A DNA stretch of 64,000 nt from a virus: positions 1 through 64,000 of the IMG/VR virus record IMGVR_UViG_3300013132_002633, one strand, 5' to 3'. The notes below the pieces were generated by a model. The model was given only the letters and a program-made list of their open reading frames with translations, was not told the DNA's origin and searched no databases. This document shows positions 21,455 to 30,215 of this stretch, piece after piece. Numbering within the stretch: the stretch's first letter is position 1; the number at the start of each line of letters is the position of its first letter. The position numbers and the translations under genes are program-made.

Positions 21455-21748
21455 ATGGCAAAAAAATCTACAGTTTCAAAAGAATCTACACAACGAGATG
21501 AATTAATTGAGTTGTTGGCAAGTGAGCTTAATAAAGCAAATAAAGAAGGTGGCAAGATTGCATACTTTTTAGATGAACAAGAAAATCCAGCAGAAATTAG
21601 TGATTGGATTAGCACAGGATCATCTATATTGGATTTAGCAATCAGTAACCGTCCGCACGGTGGTCTTCCAGTTGGCAAGATGGTTGAATTCAACGGATTG
21701 GAAGGATGCGTAACCGAAGACACTATAATAAAAGTTATTATTGAATAA
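21455..21748 (+). CDS. uvsX: UvsX/RecA part 1: N-extein (84 aa) + 13-aa N-intein
   Basis: WISTGSSILDLAIS...GGLPVGKMVEFNGLEG then CVTEDTIIKVIIE-stop. Confidence 0.85.
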   Translation: MAKKSTVSKESTQRDELIELLASELNKANKEGGKIAYFLDEQENPAEISDWISTGSSILDLAISNRPHGGLPVGKMVEFNGLEGCVTEDTIIKVIIE

Positions 21749-22203
21749 AAATCTCCAATCCAACTATTAAAAGAAAAAAATCTGATGATAGATTTAGAAA
21801 ATTTGGAAAAATTAAAAAGAAATTTATGAATAGAATAGTAAAAGAAATAAAAGTTGGTGATGTTTTATCTCTCTTAGCAGAAGGTAAAAATATTAAAGTA
21901 TTGACTCGTAACAACGAGTATGTAAACATTACAAATTATGTAGATAAAGGATTATTAGATACATTTAAAGTTACATTAGATAATGGATTTACAATAAAGG
22001 TCTCTAGAGAACATAAATTTTTTACAAATGTTGGTTGGGTAGAACAGAGAAATTTAATTAAAGAAAATCACAAAATCTTTTGTGAAGATGGTGAATATCG
22101 TACAATACAAGATATAGAATATATTGGAAAACACAAAATTGTAGATATCACCGTTGATTCAGATGATCATTCGTATTTTGGAAATGGTATGCTTAATCAT
22201 AAT
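21707..22203 (+). mobile_element. Split intein UvsX-1 in Walker A (IntN 21707-21745, 13 aa; IntC 21826-22203, 126 aa)
   Basis: Cys1; block B VSREHKF; block F IVDITV; end YFGNGMLNHN|T; splicing restores GLEGTGKS. Confidence 0.8.
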
Positions 22204-22689
22204 ACAGGAAAATCATTGGTATCTGCACATGTTGTTGCTGATACTCAAAGAAAAGGTGGAGTTGCAGTTGTCATTGATACTGAAAACGCAGCTGCTCCTG
22301 AGTTCTGGAAAAGTTTGGGTGTAGATCTATCTAAGTTACTGTATGTTCAATGTGAAACCGTTGAAGATATTTTTGCTCAGATGGAAAAGATGATCGCAAT
22401 TGTTCGTAAGAGCAACAAAGATCGCATTCTTACAATCATTGTTGATTCTGTAGCAGCAGCATCAACTAAGGCAGAACTAGAAAGTGATCATGGTAAAGAT
22501 GGTTATGCAACTGGTAAGAGTATTATTATCAGCAAGGCGATGCGTAAGATTACTACCATGATTGGTCGTCAAAAGGTTCTTACTGTGTTTACCAATCAAC
22601 TTCGTCAAAATATAAATGCTATGGCATTTGGTGATAAATATTGTGTTGATCCGTATACAACAAAAATAAAAATTAGATATAAAATTTAA
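21826..22689 (+). CDS. uvsX: UvsX/RecA part 2: C-intein 1 + middle extein (146 aa) + 15-aa N-intein 2
   Basis: HN|TGKS, IDTENA, IIVDSVAA, FTNQLR, AFGDKY|CVDPYTTKIKIRYKI-stop. Confidence 0.9.
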   Translation: MNRIVKEIKVGDVLSLLAEGKNIKVLTRNNEYVNITNYVDKGLLDTFKVTLDNGFTIKVSREHKFFTNVGWVEQRNLIKENHKIFCEDGEYRTIQDIEYIGKHKIVDITVDSDDHSYFGNGMLNHNTGKSLVSAHVVADTQRKGGVAVVIDTENAAAPEFWKSLGVDLSKLLYVQCETVEDIFAQMEKMIAIVRKSNKDRILTIIVDSVAAASTKAELESDHGKDGYATGKSIIISKAMRKITTMIGRQKVLTVFTNQLRQNINAMAFGDKYCVDPYTTKIKIRYKI

Positions 22690-22697
22690 TTTTTCCT

Positions 22698-22741
22698 CCT
22701 CCTACTATACACTTATACTTAAATAAGTCCTTAGTAGGAGG
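22698..22741 (+). promoter_or_regulatory. RBS-sequestering hairpin upstream of endonuclease gene
   Basis: CCTCCTACTA/TAGTAGGAGG 10-bp stem plus inner ACTTAT/ATAAGT; AGGAGG ends 4 nt before ATG 22746. Confidence 0.8.
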
Positions 22742-22745
22742 TAAT

Positions 22746-23783
22746 ATGATTTTACTAGAATATTTAGATATAAATTTAACGTGGAAGAAAAATAAACCAA
22801 TTTTTAAATTTATAATTAAAACGGAAAAAAGAAAAACTAAAGAATTTCCTCTTAAATGTATTGTAAATAACAAAAGAATATCTAAAACAGGCAAAGAATA
22901 TTATATACATTATTTGGGAGAAATTGGAGAAGAAGTATATAACGAGAGAAAAAAGTTATATAGCATGTACAGTCTTATACCATTTTATATTAAAACGTAT
23001 AATAAAGATGTTGAGAAATTGAACGAATATCTTAAAATATTGAAAAGTAATAATGTGAACGGCATTAAAAAATTTTATTTGTCCGAAAAGGGAGCTGAAG
23101 CTAGAAAAATACAATCGGAATGGGGAATTAAACATTCAATGGAAATCTCATCTAGAAATAGAAAATTATGGAAAGAAGATGAGTATGTTAACAAAGTCAA
23201 ATCAAATCAAGATTATTCTTATGAAAATCATGGGAAGAAAATTTCCGATTTCTATAAAAATCAAAAAAATAAAGATTTCATAAAAAGTGTCATGAACTCC
23301 CCGAAGAGAATCGAAAAAATATCGTTATCATCTAAAAAAATGTGGGAACATGCAAAATCATTTAATAAAGAGATGTATTATAGAATGATAAATTCGCAAA
23401 AACATAAAAATTTTGAATTAAATGGATATAAACTTAATAATATCGAATATTTGGTAGGTAGTATATTAAACAATTTTTCTATAAATTGGGAATACGAAAA
23501 AATTTTTCAGTTTAAAACAACTTGTTATTTGCCCGATTTTTATGTAAGATCTAAAAATCTAATCATAGAATGTTATGGTGATTATTGGCACGCCAATCCT
23601 AAATATTTAAACGAAAACGATTTTACACATAAAAATAGATCTGTGAAAGATGTATGGGCATACGACTCTAGAAAAAAAGAAATTTTTGAAAACAATGAAT
23701 TTTCTTACTTATTTTTCTGGGAAAATGATATTCTAAATAACATAGATGGTATAAAAAAAACAATATATGAATACACAAGATAA
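22746..23783 (+). CDS. Vsr-like (DUF559-type) homing endonuclease
   Basis: PDFY...IIECYGDYWHANP...FFWENDI; between intein halves. Confidence 0.8.
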   Translation: MILLEYLDINLTWKKNKPIFKFIIKTEKRKTKEFPLKCIVNNKRISKTGKEYYIHYLGEIGEEVYNERKKLYSMYSLIPFYIKTYNKDVEKLNEYLKILKSNNVNGIKKFYLSEKGAEARKIQSEWGIKHSMEISSRNRKLWKEDEYVNKVKSNQDYSYENHGKKISDFYKNQKNKDFIKSVMNSPKRIEKISLSSKKMWEHAKSFNKEMYYRMINSQKHKNFELNGYKLNNIEYLVGSILNNFSINWEYEKIFQFKTTCYLPDFYVRSKNLIIECYGDYWHANPKYLNENDFTHKNRSVKDVWAYDSRKKEIFENNEFSYLFFWENDILNNIDGIKKTIYEYTR

Positions 23784-24609
23784 ATACATAGAAGAAGAAT
23801 TAACAATTGCCGAGTTTGCGGAAAGATTTTTAGGAATGAATAATTATTCATCTGAAAACGTTGAAGAAATAGATATATCGGATATGGATATAGAAATATA
23901 TGGTCGAGATTTAAAGTCCTCACAGGATTGCTATAATAAAATTAATAAATTTATAATCAAAACTCCATCGGAATATCATTACAGTGATGGTATACTGAAA
24001 GGCACAGATTTACATCGAATTATTGAAGATGGAGTTGAAATTCACTTGAAAGATCACAACGATTTCAAAAGGGTTAATGAACCAATAAAAGTTGTAGATT
24101 TCGATATTGAAAATACACACAATTATTATGCCAATGGTCGATTAAATCATAATACCGTAAGCGGTGGCAAGGCTTTGGCTTATCACTGTAGTGTTCGTGT
24201 TCGTTTGAACAACACTGGTAAGTTGAAAAAGGCAGAAGAAGTTATTGGCAACGAGTGTAAAGCAGTTGTTATCAAAAACAGAATGGGTCCGCCACAACGT
24301 CAAGCTAACTTTGAAATCTACTTTGACAGCGGTATTGCTGACTATAGTAGTTGGATCAAAGTATTGAAGGAGAATAACATTATCAAACAAGGTGGTGCGT
24401 ATTACTCTTACAGAAAAGAAGACGGTAGTGAATGGAAGTTCCAATCCAAAGACTTTGTATCTACCATGCAATCTGACAAGGTTTTAAAAGAAGAATTATA
24501 TCTTAAGATCTGTGATGCGGTTGTTATGAAATACAAAGATCCTAACAGTCAAATCGTTGAGGATGCTACTGTTGATACTGATGAAGAAACTGCTGGAAAC
24601 GACGAATAA
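23767..24609 (+). CDS. uvsX: UvsX/RecA part 3: C-intein 2 + C-extein (151 aa)
   Basis: HN|TVSGGKALAYHCSVRVRL...VIKNRMGPP...IKQGGAYY. Confidence 0.9.
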   Translation: MNTQDKYIEEELTIAEFAERFLGMNNYSSENVEEIDISDMDIEIYGRDLKSSQDCYNKINKFIIKTPSEYHYSDGILKGTDLHRIIEDGVEIHLKDHNDFKRVNEPIKVVDFDIENTHNYYANGRLNHNTVSGGKALAYHCSVRVRLNNTGKLKKAEEVIGNECKAVVIKNRMGPPQRQANFEIYFDSGIADYSSWIKVLKENNIIKQGGAYYSYRKEDGSEWKFQSKDFVSTMQSDKVLKEELYLKICDAVVMKYKDPNSQIVEDATVDTDEETAGNDE

Positions 24610-25682
24610 TGAATGAGTTAACACCAATCGAACGAAAGAAATTGTTCTCAATGTTCGAGAATATAGAAAGAGATTCCGTCATAACAGGACTTAAAAAATC
24701 GCTAAATAGTGATGTTCTGTTGGTTGACGGATTGTAGTTAAATACCTATATTCGTAGTTTCATGGCGATACCATCTTTAAATGACGATGGACTTCACACG
24801 GGTGGTATCGCCGGTTTTCTTAAAAGTGTAGGATACGCAATAAAATTATTGAGTCCTACCAGAGTTATAATTGTATTTGACGGAAAAGGTGGGTCTCAAA
24901 AAAGAAGAAAGATTTATCCAGACTACAAAAATGGACGTAGAACTGATATTAAATTAAACAGATCATATGATGATCTATCAAATTCGGTTATTGAAAAAGC
25001 CAATTTCAAAAAAGAATTGATACGTACTGTAAATTACCTCGACGTGTTGCCTGTTACTGTAATGGCTATTGATAATATCGAAGCAGATGATACGATTGCA
25101 TATCTAGCTAAACAAACATTCAAAGACAGTAAGGTTACAATTATGTCTACGGACAAAGATTTTTTACAGTTAGCGAGTGATCAAATAAATATTTGGAGTC
25201 CTGTAAAGAAAAAAATATTTGGTTGTAAAGAAATTATTGATGAATATGGAATAACATGTAAAAACTTCATATTTTACAGAATAATGGAAGGAGACGTAAG
25301 CGATAATATTACAGGTTTGGATGGCGTGGGATTAAAACGTGTTACACAAGCATTTCCTTTTTTGGGTGAAGATCCACAGGCGTGTTTACAACAAATATAT
25401 AATTATAGTGAAAATAATCGTAGCAGATATAAGATTTACGAGCGAGTATTAGACAATAAATTATTATTGGAACGTAATTATGAACTCATGCAATTACATA
25501 ATACACAAATTCAATCCTTTACTCAATTGAGAATTGAAGAGATTATAAATAAACCAGTTCCAAAAATTGATAAAATGAGTTTTAGTAAACTGATTACAGA
25601 AGATAAAATGTGGTCAAATATACCTAATTACATGTACTGGTTAAATGAGTGTTTTGGAAAATTAAATTCATTTGTTGAATAA
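24609..25682 (+). CDS. 5'-3' exonuclease / flap endonuclease (T4 RNase H-like) with in-frame TAG at 24735-24737
   Basis: ATG 24609 (TAATG overlap) in frame: VLLVDGL*LNTYIRSF; later VFDG, YKNGR, EADD, STDKDFLQL, GDVSDNITG. Confidence 0.85.
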
Positions 25683-25793
25683 TCAACAACTTCACATAAA
25701 ACTATAAGTTACAAATTGTAAAATGTTTACAACACACGTTGTATAGATTAGAATGCATAGACTATAGACTGAGTAGATAAAATAATATAAAAT

Positions 25794-26612
25794 ATGACTG
25801 AAAAAATTATAATAGATTCACTTCGTAAGTATGGATTGGACTTTCAAATAAAGTGCATAACGTGTCTGTTATCAGATCGTAGCTTTATGGAGAGAATTCA
25901 AGATATTGTTGAGGCTGAATTTTTTGAAAGTGATGCACAAAAATGGATTCTTAAAGAAAGTGTAAAATATTTTAATGAATATAAAGATCTTCCAACACTA
26001 ACTGTATTCAAGGTTAAAGTAGATACTGTTGAAAACGAGGTTCTTAAAAAATCTATTATAGATAGCCTAAAATTGGTTTATCAAAAGTTAAATGATAACG
26101 ATTTGAAATTTGTTAAAGAACAATTTTTGGAATTTTGTAAGAACCAAAAATTAAAGAATGCTATATTTGAAAGTGCTGATTTATTGGAAACAGGTCAATA
26201 TGACAAAATAAAGATGGTGGTTGATACCGCCATGAAAGCTGGTATGGAAAGAAATATTGGTCATGAATACGATGTAGAAATCGAAAAGCGTATGAGTATC
26301 ATGGCTCGTAACACAATAAAAACCAACTGGACTGAAATCGATACTATCATGGACGGTGGTCTTGGGCCAGGTGAACTTGGAATTGTTGTTGCGCCAGCAG
26401 GAATTGGCAAATGTATTGGTCCAAATACCGAAATTGAGATCGAATATCACGAATTTGGTATTGAAACATTATCAAGTTGCGGAAAATCATTTATAATGTG
26501 GATTAATCCGTTTGAAAAATATAAAATAGACGATGTTGAATTACTAGGTTGGCAAGTTGAAAATGTTTTTTATGAAATTGAAAAAATAAAACAAGAAAAA
26601 ACTAAAAATTAA
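25794..26612 (+). CDS. dnaB: gp41/DnaB helicase part 1: N-extein (206 aa) + 66-aa N-intein
   Basis: GGLGPGELGIVVAPAGIGK|CIGPNTEIEIEY. Confidence 0.88.
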   Translation: MTEKIIIDSLRKYGLDFQIKCITCLLSDRSFMERIQDIVEAEFFESDAQKWILKESVKYFNEYKDLPTLTVFKVKVDTVENEVLKKSIIDSLKLVYQKLNDNDLKFVKEQFLEFCKNQKLKNAIFESADLLETGQYDKIKMVVDTAMKAGMERNIGHEYDVEIEKRMSIMARNTIKTNWTEIDTIMDGGLGPGELGIVVAPAGIGKCIGPNTEIEIEYHEFGIETLSSCGKSFIMWINPFEKYKIDDVELLGWQVENVFYEIEKIKQEKTKN

Positions 26613-27798
26613 CGTTGACCGGCATCGGTAAGTATTTATAATAAATTTCATTTTTATGACATATGAGATCTATTTATTGACATGAGTATTAAAAAAGAAT
26701 TTTCAATATATCGATACCAATACTGGATGCAGAAATATGGTTTGACCGAAACCGACGCTAAAAATAAAGTCACATCAATTCAAAGAGAAAATGCGTTAAA
26801 ATCATCAAAGAAGTTCACGCCAGATCGATCTTATTTAAAAAAAGAATATTGGATTAAAAAGAAAGGATATACTGAGTCAGATGCTGTCAAAAAAATATCT
26901 GAGATTCAATCGGAGTATTCAAAAAAATCCAGTAGATTCACAGGCAAAATTAGAACAATTGAGAGCAAAATTAAAATTTCAAACTCATTAAAATCTAAAA
27001 TTGCCAAGATAGGCGGTGGCAATTGGGCAAAGCATTTTGGTCAATTTAATGGCAACTCTAAAATTGAAAAAGAATTTTATTTTTATATAAAAAATAATAT
27101 AAACACAAACGTTCAGGCAAATGTTCCTATATCAAATTATATAGTTGATGTTTTACATGAAACAAAAATAGTAGAATTTTATGGCGATTTTTGGCACGCA
27201 AATCCTAAATTTTATGAATGTGATGACCTTATAAAATCGTTTAGTATCAATAAAACTGCAAATGAAATATGGATCAGTGATAATCGTAGAATTGACATAT
27301 TACAAAAAATGGGGTATGATGTATTGATAATCTGGGAAAATGATTGGAAAAAAAACAAACAAGAGTGTATAGAAAAAATAAAAAAACATTATGAAATTAT
27401 TAATTAAAAATGTCCGTGAAAATATTAAAATAAAAGATTTATTTGATAGATTAAAAATTAAAGATGAAGAAAATGCGATGGAACAGTTAAAATTTCCATT
27501 AAAAGTAAATACACCATTTGGTTATAAAAAAATTGTGACAGCGTTTCGTACTGAAAAACAAAAAACAATAACTTCTTATTTTGGTAACAATAAAACATTA
27601 AAGACTTCTGGAAAACATAGATTAAAAGTAAACGGGAGTTGGAAATTCGTAGATGAAATAAACTCTGGAGAGCTAGTAGAAACTGAAGTTGGTACCACAA
27701 AATTAGTATCAAAAAAAGAAGGTCGAGACGAGATATTATATGATATATCGGTTGATGAAGTGCATTGTTATTATAGCAATGGCATTCTTTCCCATAAT
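26412..27798 (+). mobile_element. Split intein helicase-1 at Walker A (IntN 26412-26609; IntC 27391-27798, 136 aa)
   Basis: Cys1; TSGKHRL; LYDISV; YYSNGILSHN|S; splicing restores GIGKSW. Confidence 0.88.
26682..27407 (+). CDS. Vsr-like homing endonuclease
   Basis: VD...IVEFYGDFWHANP...IIWENDW. Confidence 0.8.
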   Translation: MSIKKEFSIYRYQYWMQKYGLTETDAKNKVTSIQRENALKSSKKFTPDRSYLKKEYWIKKKGYTESDAVKKISEIQSEYSKKSSRFTGKIRTIESKIKISNSLKSKIAKIGGGNWAKHFGQFNGNSKIEKEFYFYIKNNINTNVQANVPISNYIVDVLHETKIVEFYGDFWHANPKFYECDDLIKSFSINKTANEIWISDNRRIDILQKMGYDVLIIWENDWKKNKQECIEKIKKHYEIIN

Positions 27799-28503
27799 TC
27801 ATGGGTACTTGCCAAGTTGGGAGCTGAAGCAATGAAACAAGGTAAAAATGTTCTTCACTTCACACTAGAATTAAATGAAAACTATGTTGGATTACGATAT
27901 GATAGTTGTTTTACTGGAATTGATTTCCAAAATATCAGAAACAACATTGACATTGTAAAACAAAAGATTTCAGAAGTGCCTGGTAAACTTGTTATCAAGT
28001 ATTTTCCATTGAAGACGGTATCAGCTCATAGCTTAAAATCTCATACTGAAAGATTGGCTGTATTGGGTACAAAAATTGACATGATCGTTGTAGATTATGC
28101 AGATATTCTTCGTCCAGTACACAGTGATCGTAATAGCAACAGTTATAGTGAGGCTGGTGGTATTTACGAAGAGCTAAGAAGTATCGCGGGTGAACTTCAA
28201 ATTCCAATTTGGAGTGCAAGTCAAGCGAATAGGTGTCATTTGGTTGATGATCAAGTACTTACAAATCGAGGAACGATTAGACTAGGAGATTTGACTATTA
28301 ACGATTTGGTTTTGACTCACAAAGGACTTAAAAAAGTAACAAAAATTTTTCCAACCGAAACGCAGCCTGTTTATAAAATTAAATTAAGATCTGGTAAAGA
28401 GATTAATATATCTGCAAATCATAGAGTTCCAACCGCCGACGGCAGATTAAAATCATTAGAAACTGGGTTGTCTGTAGGCGACAAGTTATTTACAAAAAAA
28501 TAA
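27391..28503 (+). CDS. dnaB: Helicase part 2: C-intein 1 + middle extein (145 aa) + 89-aa N-intein 2
   Basis: HN|SWVL, HFTLEL, IVVDYADIL, WSASQANR|CHLVDDQV...SANHRV. Confidence 0.9.
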   Translation: MKLLIKNVRENIKIKDLFDRLKIKDEENAMEQLKFPLKVNTPFGYKKIVTAFRTEKQKTITSYFGNNKTLKTSGKHRLKVNGSWKFVDEINSGELVETEVGTTKLVSKKEGRDEILYDISVDEVHCYYSNGILSHNSWVLAKLGAEAMKQGKNVLHFTLELNENYVGLRYDSCFTGIDFQNIRNNIDIVKQKISEVPGKLVIKYFPLKTVSAHSLKSHTERLAVLGTKIDMIVVDYADILRPVHSDRNSNSYSEAGGIYEELRSIAGELQIPIWSASQANRCHLVDDQVLTNRGTIRLGDLTINDLVLTHKGLKKVTKIFPTETQPVYKIKLRSGKEINISANHRVPTADGRLKSLETGLSVGDKLFTKK

Positions 28504-29885
28504 TATTTTGTGATGCAGACCATATATTTAATATTATATGATTAACACTAAATTTAGAGATATTGTTCATTTAATGAACCAGAAGCCGTTCCGTGATTTT
28601 AAAAATGATTTAAGCGAATGCGTAATCAGTAACTTAAAAAAGGTCATATTAGAGTTTGATAAAAAATATATCTTGAATAACAAGAAAGAAGTCATACAGA
28701 ACATGATTAGATATAATGTTGATGGTGATTGGGTAGAGAGATTAAAAAATGGTGATAAATATAAAAAAGACGGATTTTCCATGGAAGCATTGATTGTGAA
28801 ATATGGCGAATCTGTTGCAAAGTTAATATCAGATGAAAGAAACGATAAAGTTGCGATTACCAAGGATAAATATATACGAAACCATAGTGAACATGAATGG
28901 GAAGAATTATGTAAAAAAAAGAGAAGTAATTTAGGACTTGATGGTTATATTAAAAAATATGGACATGAAGAAGGTTTAAAAAAATGGAACAATTACTTAA
29001 AAAAATGGAAAATTGGCATTGAAAAGAAAAAAGCTGATGGTTGGAAAAATGGTTTAACGATTGAGGAATATCAAACTAGATATGGAATAAAAGAAGGATA
29101 TGAACGTTGGAGAAAAAGAATAAATAGTAGAAAATATACTCTTTCTTTAGAAGGATATATTAATAAACACGGTGGTGAGTTGGGAAAAAAGTTGTGGGGT
29201 GAATATTGTAAATCAAATAATAAAACGTCGTTGGAGTCTTTTATCAAAAGATACGGTGAGAAGTTTGGAAAAGAAAAGTACGTTTTGATGCTAGAAAAGA
29301 TCTTTTGTTATTTAAAAAACCGAAGGTGTTATAGCATAATTTCCCAAGAATTATTTAAAAATGTAGCAGATAAATTGGAAAATAAAAATGATATAAAATA
29401 TGCAATACAAAATGGAGAGCAATATTTTTTTATTAATGAAAATTTTTGTAAAGGTATGTTTGTCGATTTTAAATATGGAAACATAATTATAGAATTTTAT
29501 GGAGATTTTTGGCATGCTAATCCATCTAAATACAAAGAAAACGATATAGTAAAACTTCCTAATAACAATAAATTGGCTAATAAAGTTTGGAGTGAAGATA
29601 AAGAAAAAATTGATTGGTTGGTAAAACGAGGATACAATGTAATGATTGTATGGGAAAGTGATTATTTGAAAAATAAAAATGAAGTGGTACAGAGTTGTTT
29701 AAATTTCATAAAACAGAACTATAAATAATATGACAGAAAAAATTACAAAAGAACACGATTTAAATCCTAATGAGTTTGAGTTAGATGAAATAGTCAACAT
29801 AGAGTGTATAGGTGATCATGAAACGGTTGACATTACTGTGGATGACACGCATATGTTTTTTGCAAATGGTGTATATACACACAAT
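28234..29885 (+). mobile_element. Split intein helicase-2, canonical split (IntN 28234-28500, 89 aa; IntC 29730-29885, 52 aa)
   Basis: Cys1, block B ISANHR; TVDITV; FFANGVYTHN|S. Confidence 0.9.
28538..29728 (+). CDS. Vsr-like homing endonuclease with N-terminal (K/R)YG-E-G repeats
   Basis: Repeated YIxKYGxEEGxKKW; VDF...IIEFYGDFWHANP...VWESD. Confidence 0.8.
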   Translation: MINTKFRDIVHLMNQKPFRDFKNDLSECVISNLKKVILEFDKKYILNNKKEVIQNMIRYNVDGDWVERLKNGDKYKKDGFSMEALIVKYGESVAKLISDERNDKVAITKDKYIRNHSEHEWEELCKKKRSNLGLDGYIKKYGHEEGLKKWNNYLKKWKIGIEKKKADGWKNGLTIEEYQTRYGIKEGYERWRKRINSRKYTLSLEGYINKHGGELGKKLWGEYCKSNNKTSLESFIKRYGEKFGKEKYVLMLEKIFCYLKNRRCYSIISQELFKNVADKLENKNDIKYAIQNGEQYFFINENFCKGMFVDFKYGNIIIEFYGDFWHANPSKYKENDIVKLPNNNKLANKVWSEDKEKIDWLVKRGYNVMIVWESDYLKNKNEVVQSCLNFIKQNYK

Positions 29886-30215
29886 TCAGCAGCAGACGAA
29901 GACATTGTTATGGCACATCACGCTGCCGACAGTTATCGTAAAATCATGACTGCCGATTTCGTAATGAGTGTGTCTCGCAAGACAAACGATAAAGTAAGTA
30001 ATACAGCACGATTCCACATTATTAAAAATCGTTTCGGACCAGATGGTTTGACATTCCCAAGCAAAATGAATGCTGGCTGTGGTCAGATTGAGATTTATGG
30101 TGAAAACAGTCGTGAAGGTCTGGCTGTGTTGAATGAAATGATGGACGGTGAGAACAATGTGAAAAAAGTCTTAAAAAATAAATGGAACGCACATAATGCT
30201 AATGACGATGAATAA
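29730..30215 (+). CDS. dnaB: Helicase part 3: C-intein 2 + C-extein (109 aa)
   Basis: HN|SAADED...ADSYRKIMTADFV...IIKNRFG. Confidence 0.9.
   Translation: MTEKITKEHDLNPNEFELDEIVNIECIGDHETVDITVDDTHMFFANGVYTHNSAADEDIVMAHHAADSYRKIMTADFVMSVSRKTNDKVSNTARFHIIKNRFGPDGLTFPSKMNAGCGQIEIYGENSREGLAVLNEMMDGENNVKKVLKNKWNAHNANDDE

Larger units (their letters stand above)
22642..24153 (+). mobile_element. Split intein UvsX-2 in L2-loop region (IntN 22642-22686, 15 aa; IntC 23767-24153, 129 aa) with intervening endonuclease gene
   Basis: Cys1; GTDLHR; VVDFDI; YYANGRLNHN|T; splicing restores AFGDKYTVSGGKAL. Confidence 0.88.

Noticed and set aside
22690-29729. Group I introns around the endonuclease genes
   Set aside because: Flanks are too short for a ribozyme core and downstream parts have their own ATGs; split inteins explain the layout
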